From Daphnia carinata (Eukaryota): DNA of 64,000 bases. The stretch lies in contig NC_081333.1 of the NCBI RefSeq assembly GCF_022539665.2, forward strand, positions 13,144,001-13,208,000. The letters are read 5' to 3'. The notes beneath the pieces are model-generated. The model saw nothing but the letters and a program-made list of their open reading frames with translations, had not been told where the DNA came from and ran no database searches. The number at the start of each line of letters is the position of its first letter. The stretch's first letter is position 1. Positions 1 through 13,314 of the stretch are shown piece by piece. Position numbers and translations under genes: made by a program.

Positions 1-733
1 AGTGGTCCATTGGCTTGCATTCTTCACGGAGAACAACAACATGCTGTTCAAATACGCAGAGCAGACGGATCGCCCCGAAGATAGGACAACGAACGAAACT
101 GCATCCGCAAACATTCCTGTTTCGTTGAAAATGCTCGACTTTCAGCAATCGAGGATAGGCCACCCACTCAGCGACGTCCTTTACTTCATGTACACGAGCA
201 TAACGCCAGAATAGAGGGAGCAACACATGCTCGTTTTGCTTCGTCATTATTTCGATACGTTGACGACTGATTTGCTATTTCTCGGCGTTTCATTGGACAA
301 CTACACGTGGGAAAATTTTATGGAAGACTACAAAAATAAGGTCCTTGATGTGGATGTTTGCTGGTGTATTGATGATTACCATGACCCAAAACAAGCAAGC
401 CGCTTCCACTTTACAAGACATGGCTGAAGCAGAACAAAAGAAAGATCCAACATCAGGTACAAGAAAATCGTTCCTTAAAATATGATTACTATTGTAATTA
501 TGATAACAATTGGTATTGGTGGCTGTTTGATTATTATATTTCTATACAGTTCATATTTTGGCCAACGTGGAGATACGGACGTGGAACCGGTGAAGGGCGA
601 AAGTGGATTGAGCCTCGAAATGGAGGAAAAGATGAAGAACATGATGGCGACTCAGGCATTGCGTGCTAGTTCGGCTTTGTCGGACCGAATCCTTAAACTG
701 ATCATGGAAGTGAAGGCCTTAAATGATTCATAA
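1..733 (+). pseudogene. 3' part of an EcKL (EcKinase/DUF227, choline-kinase-like) paralog, disrupted
   Basis: Near-identical to 9722-10425 but with an 8-bp deletion (cacgga^gaacaac vs cacggagatttttggaacaac) that removes the catalytic Asp of HGDFWNNN. Also has an in-frame TAG at 212-214, a 1-bp insertion near 335, and the last splice acceptor changed from tag to gag (~570). The 5' part lies outside the window. Confidence 0.85.
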
Positions 734-2277
734 AATGCAGCAGCAGTAATCAATGCATCCTGTTTTAAACAGGAGGTTGATTACATTCATTTAATTTATT
801 GCCCAGTTGCTAGAACGCTTCCATACTTGTTTATGTGGAACTGCACCGGCCAACGAGTTCAAAGTGTAACACCAGATCGTCAAGGACAAGATGATATCGA
901 TTCCCTCTCGCCACACAAACACACCTACATGCAAAACACATTAATCACCTTGTGGTGCAATAGACAGGGAGCAATCTTACCAAGTGAATGACAACTGGCT
1001 GATATGCCCAAGCTTATTTTGAAACAAAACACACAAATGTTCGGGAAACAAGTCGAACCAAAAAGCTTTTCTATTATCTGGCTGCACTTGACTTGAGGTA
1101 AACAGCTTATCAATAGAAACTGCTGAACGTGCACTAAAACTGACGAAACAATGCGTCGTAACTCGAAGCAAACGTCAAGTTTGTTTGCTTCAGCTAAAAA
1201 CACCAACTCTCCCCGTGAGATGGAGAAAGTGAGATAAATCGCTTTCTGATATTTAAGATTTAGTAATATTGGTCATTATGGCCAATAAGCCAGAAAAATG
1301 CGAGAATAGAGTAAGCATTAAAGGTCGATGATTTTGAATGAGCTAACACTGCTATACCTGAATGTCATCACTAATAAATTGTATTCAATTCGAATGCGGC
1401 CGAAAAGAATAACTGAATGACGTTTACAGAAGAAGTTTTTTTTATTAGCGACTTCACCGGTGCCCCGCCTTGAATGACATTTTTAATAAACTTGCCACGC
1501 TAGTTGTTCTCGATCTTCAACAGCTGTGTCTAAGGTAATCAGTTTTATTTGTACCGCATAGAAAGAGAGGGCAGACTGATGTTCACTTGTGCCAAGCCGA
1601 TGGTACAATTTGTACGCGGCTTTTAGTACGCATATTTTTAACGGGCTCAGCTAAACATTCGTAATTTTAAATTGTTTGGTTGTTTTACCTTCTAACTGAC
1701 CTCGCTAACAGCGCAAATAAATATAATTTAATAAATATAATTGTCGTCATAGAAATGACGTACTATATATTCATAATATATTTAGATAAAAAGAAAAGAA
1801 GGGGGAAAGGCTTCAGAAAAGATAATGAGAAATAATGCGATAAGGTATACGTGTCGAAAGCGAACAGTGCAGGGCGCGATTAGTAAAGCTCTATGATAAA
1901 ACATTTTATACGCAGAAACCATTGAAAGAAGCAATTGGAAAGGGACTATAAGCAAATTATTAATTCGATGCAACTCATTTGACAAGCTCTCGTCAACGAG
2001 AAAAAAAGTCTCGTTAAAATAATGTGATGTGTAATTTTAAGGAGCAAATGAAAAAAACGTTATTGACATTTCACACGGATCAACAGGTATAGACAACGCG
2101 ATAACAAATTATTATCTGCATTGTACTCGTAAGCTATATTTTGTGCTTTACAGGTAAACTGATAAATTCAAAACGATTTCGGATTGCAAGTGAAGGCTCT
2201 TCAGTGCAAACGGTATTTCCCAATAGAAGCTCGTACAAGTTATTGTCTCGCTAGCCTCGAGTGCCTAAAAGCCTGAA

Positions 2278-5200
2278 ATGTCATCGACTACTGCCATAAA
2301 TGTAGATGGCATCCAATTCAATCGCGACGACCTTTTGGGTAGAGGTGGCTTCGGTTCAGTGCATCGAGGTAAATATAAAGGTCAAAGTGTAGCAATCAAA
2401 AGAATTGTGAAGCTAAATGACAAAGATCAAGTGGCTGACGACGAGTTAAAAATTCTGCAGCAGTTAGATCATCCCAATATTGTTAAATTTGTGCACTTTG
2501 CAAGGGATGACAACTTCAAGTAAGATTGTTACGTGATAACTATGAATTAAAAAGAGATGTTCCATATGATTTCTTTGATTCAGTTACATTGCTTTGGAAT
2601 TGTGCGACGCATCATTAGATCAGGTGTTCCTAAAAGAGGACGATCGTCGGAAATACAAAGGACCTGCATTACCAAATAATTTCGAAATTTTCTACCAGTT
2701 AGCCACTGGTCTCAAATACATTCATTCACAGAACCTAATCCATCGGGACATTAAACCGGAAAACATTCTCATTTCTGTGAAACATACTGACCAAGGTGAA
2801 GGGATGACGATGAAGTGGGCTGATTTTGGATTGTCAAAAGCAGTGAATGACAGAGGAACATTCACAATTAGTGGAATCAAAGGGACTTTTCTTTGGTTTT
2901 CTCCCGAAATTATGCAAATTATAGAAAACGGCCTGCGCATTGAAGAAACGAGAGGCTCCATCAAAAGCGATGTATTCGCAGAAGGCCTCGTCTTTGGTTA
3001 TATTCTCTTAAAAGGAAAACACATCTACGGAGCAAATGATTTAGAAATTATGAACAATATCATAAAAAACAAAACAATCAATATAAGTGGTAAGTTCGTA
3101 TAACTTAAACATAATAATTAAATGTTTAAAACTTTTAAATATAGAAATTCACGAAAAACATTTTGCACGTAACTTAATAAAACAAATGCTGATCAACACA
3201 CCTGATACAAGAATTGCATCTGACGAAGTTGTTAATCAGCTTGCAGCCATAAAAATCAAGGTAGCCTAATAAAATCACACAAGTTTAACATCTTCTTCGT
3301 TATTGAAATTTGTATTCTCTAACAAAAGTTTCTCATTTAGGTTATCGAAGAAGAAAAACACCTGCATCTGCTGTGTAAACATCACACAACAGACTTTAGG
3401 AATAAAATCGAAATTTTAATCCAACTTGGTGTCGACTTAAACGCAAAGGATGAAAATGGATGGAATGCGCTTCATCATTTGTGTTCTAACAATTCAAGCC
3501 CACACTTAATCGATGCGATTCAATTCTTAATCGAACTCGGCATCGACAAAAACGCAAAGGATGACATTGGATGGAATGCGCTTCACCTTTTGTGTCGAAA
3601 CAATTCAAGCCCACACTTAATCGATGCGATTAAACTCTTGATTGAACTCAGCATCGACAAGGACGCAAAGGACAAAGATGGATGGAATGCGCTTCATCTT
3701 TTGTGTCGATATAATTCAAGCCCACACTTAATCGATGCGATTAAACTCTTGATTGAACTCAGCATCGACAAAAACGCAGTAACTAAGGTTGGATCGAATG
3801 CGCTTCATCTTTTGTGTCGACACAATTCAAGCCAACACTTAATCGATGCGATTAAACTCTTGATTGAACTCAGCATCGACAAAAACGCAGTAACTAAGGT
3901 TGGATCGAATGCGCTTCATCTTTTGTGTCGACACAATTCAAGCCAACACTTAATCGATGCGATTAAACTCTTGATCGAACTCGGCATCGACAAGGACGCA
4001 AAGAGCAATGATGGATTGAACGCGCTTCATCTTCTGTGTTGTAACAGTTCAAGCCCACACTTGATCGATGCGATTAAACTCTTGATCGAACTCGGCATCG
4101 ACAAAAACGCAAAGGATGACATTGGATGGAATGCGCTTCACCTTTTGTGTCGAAACAATTCAAGCCCACACTTAATCGATGCGATTAAACTCTTGATTGA
4201 ACTCAGCATCGACAAGGACGCAAAGAGCAATGATGGATTGAACGCGCTTCATCTTCTGTGTTGTAACAGTTCAAGCCCACACTTGATCGATGCGATTAAA
4301 CTCTTGATTGAACTCAGCATCGACAAAAACGCAGTAACTAAGGTTGGATCGAATGCGCTTCATCTTTTGTGTCGACACAATTCAAGCCAACACTTAATCG
4401 ATGCGATTAAACTCTTGATTGAACTCAGCATCGACAAAAACGCAGTAACTAAGGTTGGATCGAATGCGCTTCATCTTTTGTGTCGACACAATTCAAGCCA
4501 ACACTTAATCGATGCGATTAAACTCTTGATCGAACTCGGCATCGACAAAAACGCAAAGGATAACAAAGGATGGAATGCGCTTCACCTTTTGTGTCGATAC
4601 AATTCAAGCCCACACTTAATCGATGCGATTAAACTCTTGATTGAACTCAGCATCGACAAGGACGCAAAGAGCAATGATGGATTGAACGCGCTTCATCTTC
4701 TGTGTTGTAACAGTTCAAGCCCACACTTGATCGATGCGATTAAACTCTTGATCGAACTCGGCATCGACAAAAACGCAAAGGATGACATTGGATGGAATGC
4801 GCTTCACCTTTTGTGTCGAAACAATTCAAGCCCACACTTAATCGATGCGATTAAACTCTTGATTGAACTCAGCATCGACAAGGACGCAAAGAGCAATGAT
4901 GGATTGAACGCGCTTCATCTTCTGTGTTGTAACAGTTCAAGCCCACACTTGATCGATGCGATTAAACTCTTGATTGAACTCAGCATCGACAAAAACGCAG
5001 TAACTAAGGTTGGATCGAATGCGCTTCATCTTTTGTGTCGACACAATTCAAGCCAACACTTAATCGATGCGATTAAACTCTTGATTGAACTCAGCATCGA
5101 CAAAAACGCAGTAACTAAGGTTGGATGGAATGCGCTTCATCTTTTGTGTTATAACAATTCAAGCCCACACTTAATCGATGCGATTCAATTCTTAATCGAA

Positions 5201-5761
5201 CTCGGCATCGACAAAAACGCAAAGGATAACAAAGGATGGAATGCGCTTCACCTTTTGTGTCGAAACAATTCAAGCCCACACTTAATCGATGCGATTAAAC
5301 TCTTGATTGAACTAAGCATCGACAAGGACGCAAAGAGCAATGATGGATTGAACGCGCTTCATCTTCTGTGTTGTAACAGTTCAAGCCCACACTTGATCGA
5401 TGCGATTAAACTCTTGATCGAACTCGGCTTCGACAAAAACGCAAAGGACAACGATGGAATGAATGCGCTTCATTATTTGTGTCAATACAATTCAAGCCCA
5501 CACTTAATCGATGCGATTAAACTCTTGATCGAACTCGGCATCGACAAGGACACAAAGGATAACAGTGGATGGAATGCGCTTCATTATTTGTGTCAATACA
5601 ATTCAAGCCCACACTTAATCGACGCGATTAAAGTTTTGATTGAACTCGGCATCGACAAAAACGCAAAGACCTACTTTACTAGATGGAATGCACTCGACTT
5701 GTGTCGGCGTAATAAAAATCTTGAAAATTGTAACGTAGACGAAATCTTTAAAACCGTATGA
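2278..5761 (+). CDS. Ser/Thr protein kinase (IRE1/RNase L-like kinase domain) fused to a C-terminal array of 20 full 37-aa ankyrin repeats plus caps; exons ~2278-2519, 2584-3089, 3145-3260, 3341-5761
   Basis: Kinase motifs GRGGFG, VAIK, ALELCDASL, HRDIKPEN, DFG, WFSPE and SDVF are present. Three GT-AG introns join the ORF pieces in frame. The last exon encodes repeats of GxNALHLLC...LIELGIDKNA. Confidence 0.9.
3460..5680 (+). repeat. Coding tandem array of 111-bp units (ankyrin repeats), 20 copies
   Basis: Motifs aatgcgcttcat and cacttaatcgatgcgatt recur every 111 bp, and many units are identical. Confidence 0.97.
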
Positions 5762-8718
5762 AGTGAATTTTCAAAAATGTTAAGGCTTTTCGGAAGACGA
5801 AAATACTAACATAACTTCAAATAAAATTCCCCGGTACGTTGCAACAAATGTGATTATCGGAAAAATACAGCCAACTACATAAATTGTACAATCGCAAAGA
5901 GTATTTATTTCTAATTGAAATGCGACGCATTGATGTTAAATAAATTAACATTCGAACAAAAAATAAAGTACTGGGCAATGGGCTCCCTCATTAAGTACGA
6001 CGCATCACATTTGCTGGACCTGACTATCACGGGCCTTCTAACACAAATGATTAGAAGAGTGTGCGAAAACGTAACGTAAACCAATTGATCCCTTTCTTTT
6101 AGTAATCACGTCCTTGATAAGGAAGCAACTAGTTCTTCCGGTCCAAGAAAACATATTAGGCGCGTAAAATTAACGAGGAAGGCAAACTTTACAGGGTAGA
6201 TAAGCGTCAAACTTCAACAACAAACACATAGCCATAATTCTAATTTGTCAGTCAAATAAGGTCTTTCAAAGGAAACCGACTCATCTACAATTTTAAACTA
6301 ATTACATGATACAGAGTACAACGAAAGCGCTCCACATTTAAAACCGATCGAGTGGAAGCTTGGGCTGTGCGATCGCCATGTTCATAGTGAATGGATGTGA
6401 AATGAACTTAAAAAAGCTCATATCATATTTTTAACAAATTGAACAAGACTAAAATTAATTACTGTTGTGCGTTGGCATCAACTTAAGGTGAAAGCGTAAA
6501 TACATAAAATCTGAATTCCATAACCAATCGTTTCACTCGCCCACCTCATTGAAAACCACGGAATATGCACGTCACCATTTGAGTATCCTAATTTCATTTC
6601 TCTTGAAATATCATCCAAAGCAAAGTGCTGCGAACGTCAAGTGGGTATTAACTGCTAGATGCAGTTGGTTATAGAGTGGTCAAAAGGACACTATGGATGA
6701 TAGCTCTTTGCTTTGTCACGATTGAATAAGCCTTCACTTAAAATATTTGTTTGCAAAATTCCGAGGAAAACGCACACCAATGAAAAAAGGTAATTCAATC
6801 CTCCATACAATCTAACGGGCGCATCCAGCTCCAAATCTTTATAAAAAAATAAAACCCGAAAACGAAAACTAACCTGGAAATGCAACACGTAGTCTTCATC
6901 GAAAGACAGCAATCTGCTGGACATGACACACACTTTTCAGATTCTCCGCCTTAGGTTTTGATCGTTGGCCGGTTTGAAAACCACGTTTGCCAGTTTCATC
7001 ACCACGACGCGCTTCATTCGCAACAAACTGAGCAAAAAAGGAACAAATAAAAAAATCATCATTTAGGAAAAAAGTACGGCAATGTAAACATTTAGCTCAA
7101 TACTATAGACTAACAAATGATTGCAGGTGATTCATTATTTCTAAGACATTCACCATTGCACCAAACACATGTTGCAAGCAATATTGATCCAAAATGTCCA
7201 AGTTTCTTATGACGGCCATAAATCGGAAACTATTGAAATTGACCATCGTGCAAGCCTAGTCGAATGATCCACGCTCTGCCTTAGATGCGACTGTATTTAC
7301 CACAGAAATGTAACATTTTGCTTTCGTGTCAATGGACTAGTATTTTCTAAACAAGTTTACGTCATTGATTGCCTGATAAATATTCTTACCTGCTTTTATG
7401 TCCTGCAAAGAAAAGGTGGCAACGCTCTCACATACTAACGAAGAAGCCAAAGGAAAAGGTGCACGTTCATGGGACTAAACTTACCAATGCACATTGCGAC
7501 ACTCCACCAGACCAGAGACTAAAGCAGAAGGCACTGATCCCTACTACGGGCTCGGTAGACATGCTCAGTCTTTCTGGTGGTGGCGCTTGGAACTTATACC
7601 CGCCGTTTGTGGCGGGGGAGGGTGGGAGAGATACTTTACAAGGACACTGTAAGGTCTCATTAGTAGGAATTTGGAAAATTCAAAAAGACCAAGATGATAA
7701 ATAATAGACGAAAGGAAAACATGGGTTACAGAGAACTCTGCTCGATTTGAAAAGGAAACAGGCATTTATTGTTAGAGATAACAAAACTTACCAGGTTCAT
7801 TGAACCATCGTTGAGCTATTGTTCCATAGGCGGGAGAACTCCTGTCTCATTGCCTTTTGTCCCTGAGCTAGCCAGCATGGTTTTACTTCCCGTACCTCTA
7901 GCGCCAATGGTGAGAAGGCGGGTGTGTTATAAACATGTGCAGTGAAACGCTAATATTTAATTCCATTTTCTTTATCCGATATCATAAATTTTTCTTGTCT
8001 AGTAGTACACATATTTTAAACGAAACATTTCTAAAATTAAATTTTTTTAACATTTTGAATAATGCATTCCAAAACGAAAATAGTCTTCCAATGATTATAT
8101 CGATTCTTACACGATCAATCAGCGAAATCGGTACGGTACACGGGCCCGAAGAAAAGTAGGAGGAATGGTTTTCTCTCAGTGTGTGCAACGAGATGACTGT
8201 GACAATTCGTTAAACTCCCGCCATCCCCCACCCCCAAAGGAAAACTAAATTAAATTAAACATCATGTAGTATTTGTTTGTATTTCGAATTTCCTTCTGCA
8301 CATGTTGCCTCGGTGTCCCAGTCATGATCTGATATCAGTTGAGTTCTAGCATTCGGACAGATAAGAACAGGATGTCCGTGTAAAGTAGGTCAATCACGGA
8401 CATCGTAGCTTGGTTCGAGAGGTGACATTTTTGCTTGTAGTTGGTGTTCTTTTTCATTCACGTTCAGTTCAGTGCCAACTCCTCTGGACACCAGACATCG
8501 AAGGCGCTTACAATTCACTGTGTTTACTTACCTAAGTATAAATTAATAAACGAACTTTCAGTTTCATCGCAAATTTTCAACTGTCAAAGAGCTTCATCTT
8601 TTATTTTTCTTGTAAGACATTTCATTTTGGTAGGTGTACAATTTTTCATTAAATATCACCAAACTATACATGTTCATGTTACACAATGCAGAAAGTACAG
8701 CATAACCAAGCCTCTAAA

Positions 8719-10425
8719 ATGAGTGAAGAAATCAAGACCCTGAGTGATAAACAACTTTTTTGGAAAACCCTTTTTGAAACCAAAAAATTGGCTGCCCAGC
8801 TGAGCTCCATGGTGACGAGTCACGTTAATGGCGTCACCTACGATGACTTGCCCCAGTATGGAAACGTACACGTCGTGGCTCAATCTGGCTCAAATTTAGG
8901 TGACAATTTCCAAAGCGACACATTCATTGTGTCTGCACGGCTGTTGCAAGGCAAAAACGAAGAGCCAGTCAACATCTTGAGCACTTTCATTAAGGTATTG
9001 ATTTATCTATGCGCTTGTCATGCAAAGTTTTACATTGTATCGTTTTCAACAGGTACTGCCATCGAATTCCTTTCTGCGCCAAGCTGTGGACGAGTCTCGT
9101 GTCCATCAACGCGAGATCAACATGTACCAACATTTTTTCGCTCTCCTGCGAGAGATGCATGCCGACCAACCGATTCCCTTGGACATCCCAGATTGTTACT
9201 ACACCCATCTGGAGGAAGTTGTCAAGGGTGAGACGGACGGATCGAATACTTGCATCGTACTTGAAGACTTGAAAACAGAGAATTATCGCATGGTGAATAT
9301 AACAGGAGGACTTGATTATCGTCATTGCCACATGGCTCTGACATCGCTAGCCCATTATCACGCTCAAACGCTAAATGCATTGAGAACTTGGAAAGACTCG
9401 TCTACAGGCGAACTATCCGAAGTGCCACCTGCGGCTAAATTTCTATTTGATGAAATGTCTATGTTTGACATGGGTATCACTCATGTGCTTCAGAATTTTG
9501 CCACTACTGTCGTCGATTTTGCCAAACCAGTTAACCGACCCGATGTAAGTATAGCTATTTGTTTAGATATTTTTAGTATTTGACTGTGCTTAGCCATTGA
9601 ATTTTACAGCTCCATTGTTGTTCAATCATTAACAGTTTCGAAATTCAAACAGTTAGTCGAATGGTTGACGGATCTTCAGCAACGGCTACCGGAGATCATG
9701 TTAGTCGACAATTTGGAGAGCAGCGGTCCATTGGCTTGCATCCTTCACGGAGATTTTTGGAACAACAACATGCTGTTCAAATACGCAGAGCAGACGGATC
9801 GCCCCGAAGATGGGACAACGAACGAAACTGCATCCGCAAATATTCCCGTTTCATTGAAAATGCTCGATTTTCAGCAATCGAGGATAGGCCATCCACTCAG
9901 CGATGTGCTTTACTTCATGTACACGAGCACAATGCCGGAGTTGAGAGAGCGACACATGCTCGATTTGCTTCGTCATTATTTCGATGCTTTGATGACTGAT
10001 TTGCAATGTCTTGGCGTTTCACTTGACAACTACACGTGGGAAAATTTTATGGAAGACTACAAGAAAAGATCTTTGATGTGGATGTTTGCTGGTGTCTTGA
10101 TGATTACCATGACCCAAAACAAGCAAGCCGCGTCCACTTTACAAGACATGGATCAAGCAGAACAACAGAAAGGTCCTAAATCAGGTACAGAAAATATAAA
10201 CATAAAAACTGGTATCGGTGGCTGTTTTATTATTTAATTTCTATACATTTTGGCAAACGTGTAGATACGGATGTGGAACCAGTGAAGGGCGAAAGTGGAT
10301 TGAGCCTCGAAATGGAGGAAAAGATGAAGAACATGATGGCGACTCAAGCATTGCGTGCTAGTTCGGCTTTGTCGGACCGAATCCTTAAATTGATCATGGA
10401 AGTGAAGGCCTTAAATGATTCATAA
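8719..10425 (+). CDS. Ecdysteroid kinase-like (EcKinase/DUF227) protein; exons ~8719-8994, 9053-9544, 9653-10184, 10265-10425
   Basis: Motifs GDNFQS, REINMY, LEDL, LAHYHA, HGDFWNNN, DFQ and SDVLYF. Splice sites are canonical and the frame is intact. Confidence 0.9.
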
Positions 10426-11545
10426 ATTGTTATCAGCAGTAATCATCACATCCTGTTTTAAACATCGTAGCCGCACGATTACTTCCCCTATTTCACTTTT
10501 AATAATCTTCTACACATGTTAAAGGCTTGACGAAAATTTATCGAGGAGGGAAAACAGCTACATGAAACATAGTATTAGATTGCACGTATATAAGAGGCTA
10601 CGTCCATAGAGATCATAAACTTGTCCATTACGCATTCATAAAGAACTGTATCCGGCTTACTCCCAGAATGATAAGATATGCAACGAATCATAGCATGACT
10701 GAGCAAACTTCAACAATGCATCGCATCTTTGAAGTACAAGGTTTTGATTGCATTTTGTTTGGCAGGTATACGTGCCGAATACAAAACATTAACTCGTTAG
10801 CCTTAAGGATACCTGACTTAACTAGACTAAGTGCGATAACGTATAGTAGATCTCTTGTATAAAATGTTCTACTATAGCCGTGCGTTTTGATAAAAACCAA
10901 GTTAGCTTGTTTTCAATGTGATAAGCCAGTCGGCCTTGCGTATATTCTTCACACCAAAAAGGTAGACATAAACACTGAGGTTAAAACTATATTAATGTGA
11001 TTTATTGCCCCAGTTGCTAGGCCGTTTACTGTACTTGTTTATGTGCGGCTGGTCAACGAATTTGAAGTAACACATCGCCAAGGACAAGATGATATCGATT
11101 CCGTCTCGCCCATACAAACACACTAACATGACTCGGCATTTTAACAGGTGCAAAATAGAAAATCCCAAAAAGCCAGCAGCACGTATAGGAAGTAGCGAAG
11201 ATCTCTATCATTCTACACGGAGAGATATCGAAAAGCAGATCGTCGTCTATTGGACGTCTTGTGATTTTGATTTGCCCACTTGTTTTTATTTTTAGGCACA
11301 GCGTATGTTTTTCGGTGATAACGAGATGGTATTAGAAGAGAAAAACTAGACCTTTGGGATACGCTTTTATTAGATAGTATTCAGAGTTGTGCTTTCGACG
11401 TACTACCTCCAGTACTTTGACTGCAGTCTTCCCATTTCTTGTACCACCTCCATTCGATTCTTGAAATTCAAACCCCAAGGTAAAGCCAAAATTTAAATAT
11501 TTTAAATTGAAATAAAAAGACGTATGCAAACTAGAATATCGAAAG

Positions 11546-13152
11546 ATGACTAGACAAGTGAAGAGCTTGGCAGATCGGCAGCATTTCTGGAAGACCCTCT
11601 TTGAGGCGAAGAAATTGGCTGCCCAACTGGCCTCTCTGGCAACAGATCATATCGATGGCGTCACTTACGATGATCTGCCCCACTACGGACAAGTGCATGT
11701 TGTGGCCGAATCCGCGTCCAGCCTAGGGGACAATTTTATGAGCGATACTTTCATTGTAACAGCTCAACTTACAGCATCGGAAAACAAGACTCAGACGTTG
11801 AGTACCTTTATCAAAGTACATTCTTTTTCTGCGTGGCTCTGCCAACTTCATCACATTGAAATTTTGGTATTTTGAAACAGGTCCTTCCAACGAATGCGCT
11901 CTTGCGTCAGGCAGCGTACGAGGCACACACTCATCATCGTGAGATTAACATGTACCATCATTTCTTTGGCCTACTGAGGGAAATGCATGCCGATCAACCG
12001 ATCCCGCTAGACGTGCCCGACGTCTACTACACTCACATCGAAGAGATGGTCAAGGATGGAACAGATGGTTCGGGTATTTGTACGTTGCTCGAGGACCTCA
12101 AAGCCCAGGGTTATCGCATGGCTGAAAAGACATTAGGTGCTGATTATCGACACTGTCACATGGCACTGACGTCATTGGCTCATTATCACGCCTTAACTTT
12201 GAATATCCTAAGAAAATGGACGGATCCTTTGACTGGAGAATTGACAAATATGCCATCGACAACTGAATTTTTCTTGAAAGAAAAGACAATGTACGATATG
12301 GGTCTGCTCGAAATGATCCAAGATAATTTCAAAAACATTGTCGAATTCGCTGCAGAGGTCGAAAGACCCGATGTAAGTACCAAGTATTACATTTTATTGA
12401 ATTTTTTTCAAACGCTCTGTTTTTTTAGCTCGTCGAATGGTTAAAAGAAATGGAAGAACGTTTGCCCGACGTTATCATGTACGATACAAAGGAAAATTGT
12501 GGTCCATTGGCTTGCATCCTTCATGGTGATTTCTGGAACAACAACATGCTGTTCAAATACGATGGTCAGCAAGGAACCAATGCCCGTTCCAACATTCCGA
12601 TAGCACTCAAGATGATTGATTTTCAAATTTCAAGAATCGGACATCCTATTAGTGACATCCTTTACTTCATGTACTCGAGCGCTGCCCCTGAGACGAGAGA
12701 GAAACATATGATCGTATTACTTCGTTATTATTTCGATACTCTAACCACTGATTTGAGGTTACTTGGCATTTCGCTCGATGACTACACTTGGCAAGATTTC
12801 TTCAAAGACTACAAGAGGAGGTCGTTAACGTGGATGTTTATGGGCATCGTCGTTTTATCTTTTGTTTTGAACAAGAAAGTGCTGACCAAGTTGGACGATT
12901 TGGATGCGGAGGAGAGGCTCAAAGAACCAAAACCAGGTATTTAAATCAACCATTTCATTTTTCTAAAAACTACGTGTCTTATCATATTCAGAATCGGACG
13001 TGGAACCAGAAAAAGGTGCCAGTGGAATGACTCTGGAATTGGAAGAAACCATGAAGAACATGATGAAATCACAGAAATTGAGCGATAATCCAATCCTTAC
13101 CGATCGACTTTTGAAACTGATTGTAGAAGTTAAAGCCCTCAACAGTTCTTAA
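11546..13152 (+). CDS. Ecdysteroid kinase-like protein, second intact paralog; exons ~11546-11815, 11881-12372, 12429-12936, 12992-13152
   Basis: Same motifs (GDNFMS, HGDFWNNN, DFQ) and same intron positions as 8719-10425. Confidence 0.9.
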
Positions 13153-13314
13153 TACCTATATTTACTGTTTCCAGCCATTTATTGTTTATTGCATTTTAAA
13201 TTTTAGGATTTCCAATAATCGACGCATATATGATTCATGCATTTTTATTCTATATTTTCCAAACTAAAACTGGATAGCATCAAAGACTAATAAGATGGCC
13301 AAGGTTCCGTTCAG

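Noticed and set aside
3460..5680. CRISPR-like repeat/spacer appearance of the 111-bp array
   Set aside because: It is an in-frame coding ankyrin array in a spliced eukaryotic gene; the variable parts recur and there are no cas genes.
5950..8400. Exon-like fragments and short ORFs between the kinase-ankyrin gene and EcKL
   Set aside because: Splice-like sites are present, but there is no recognisable domain or continuous frame.
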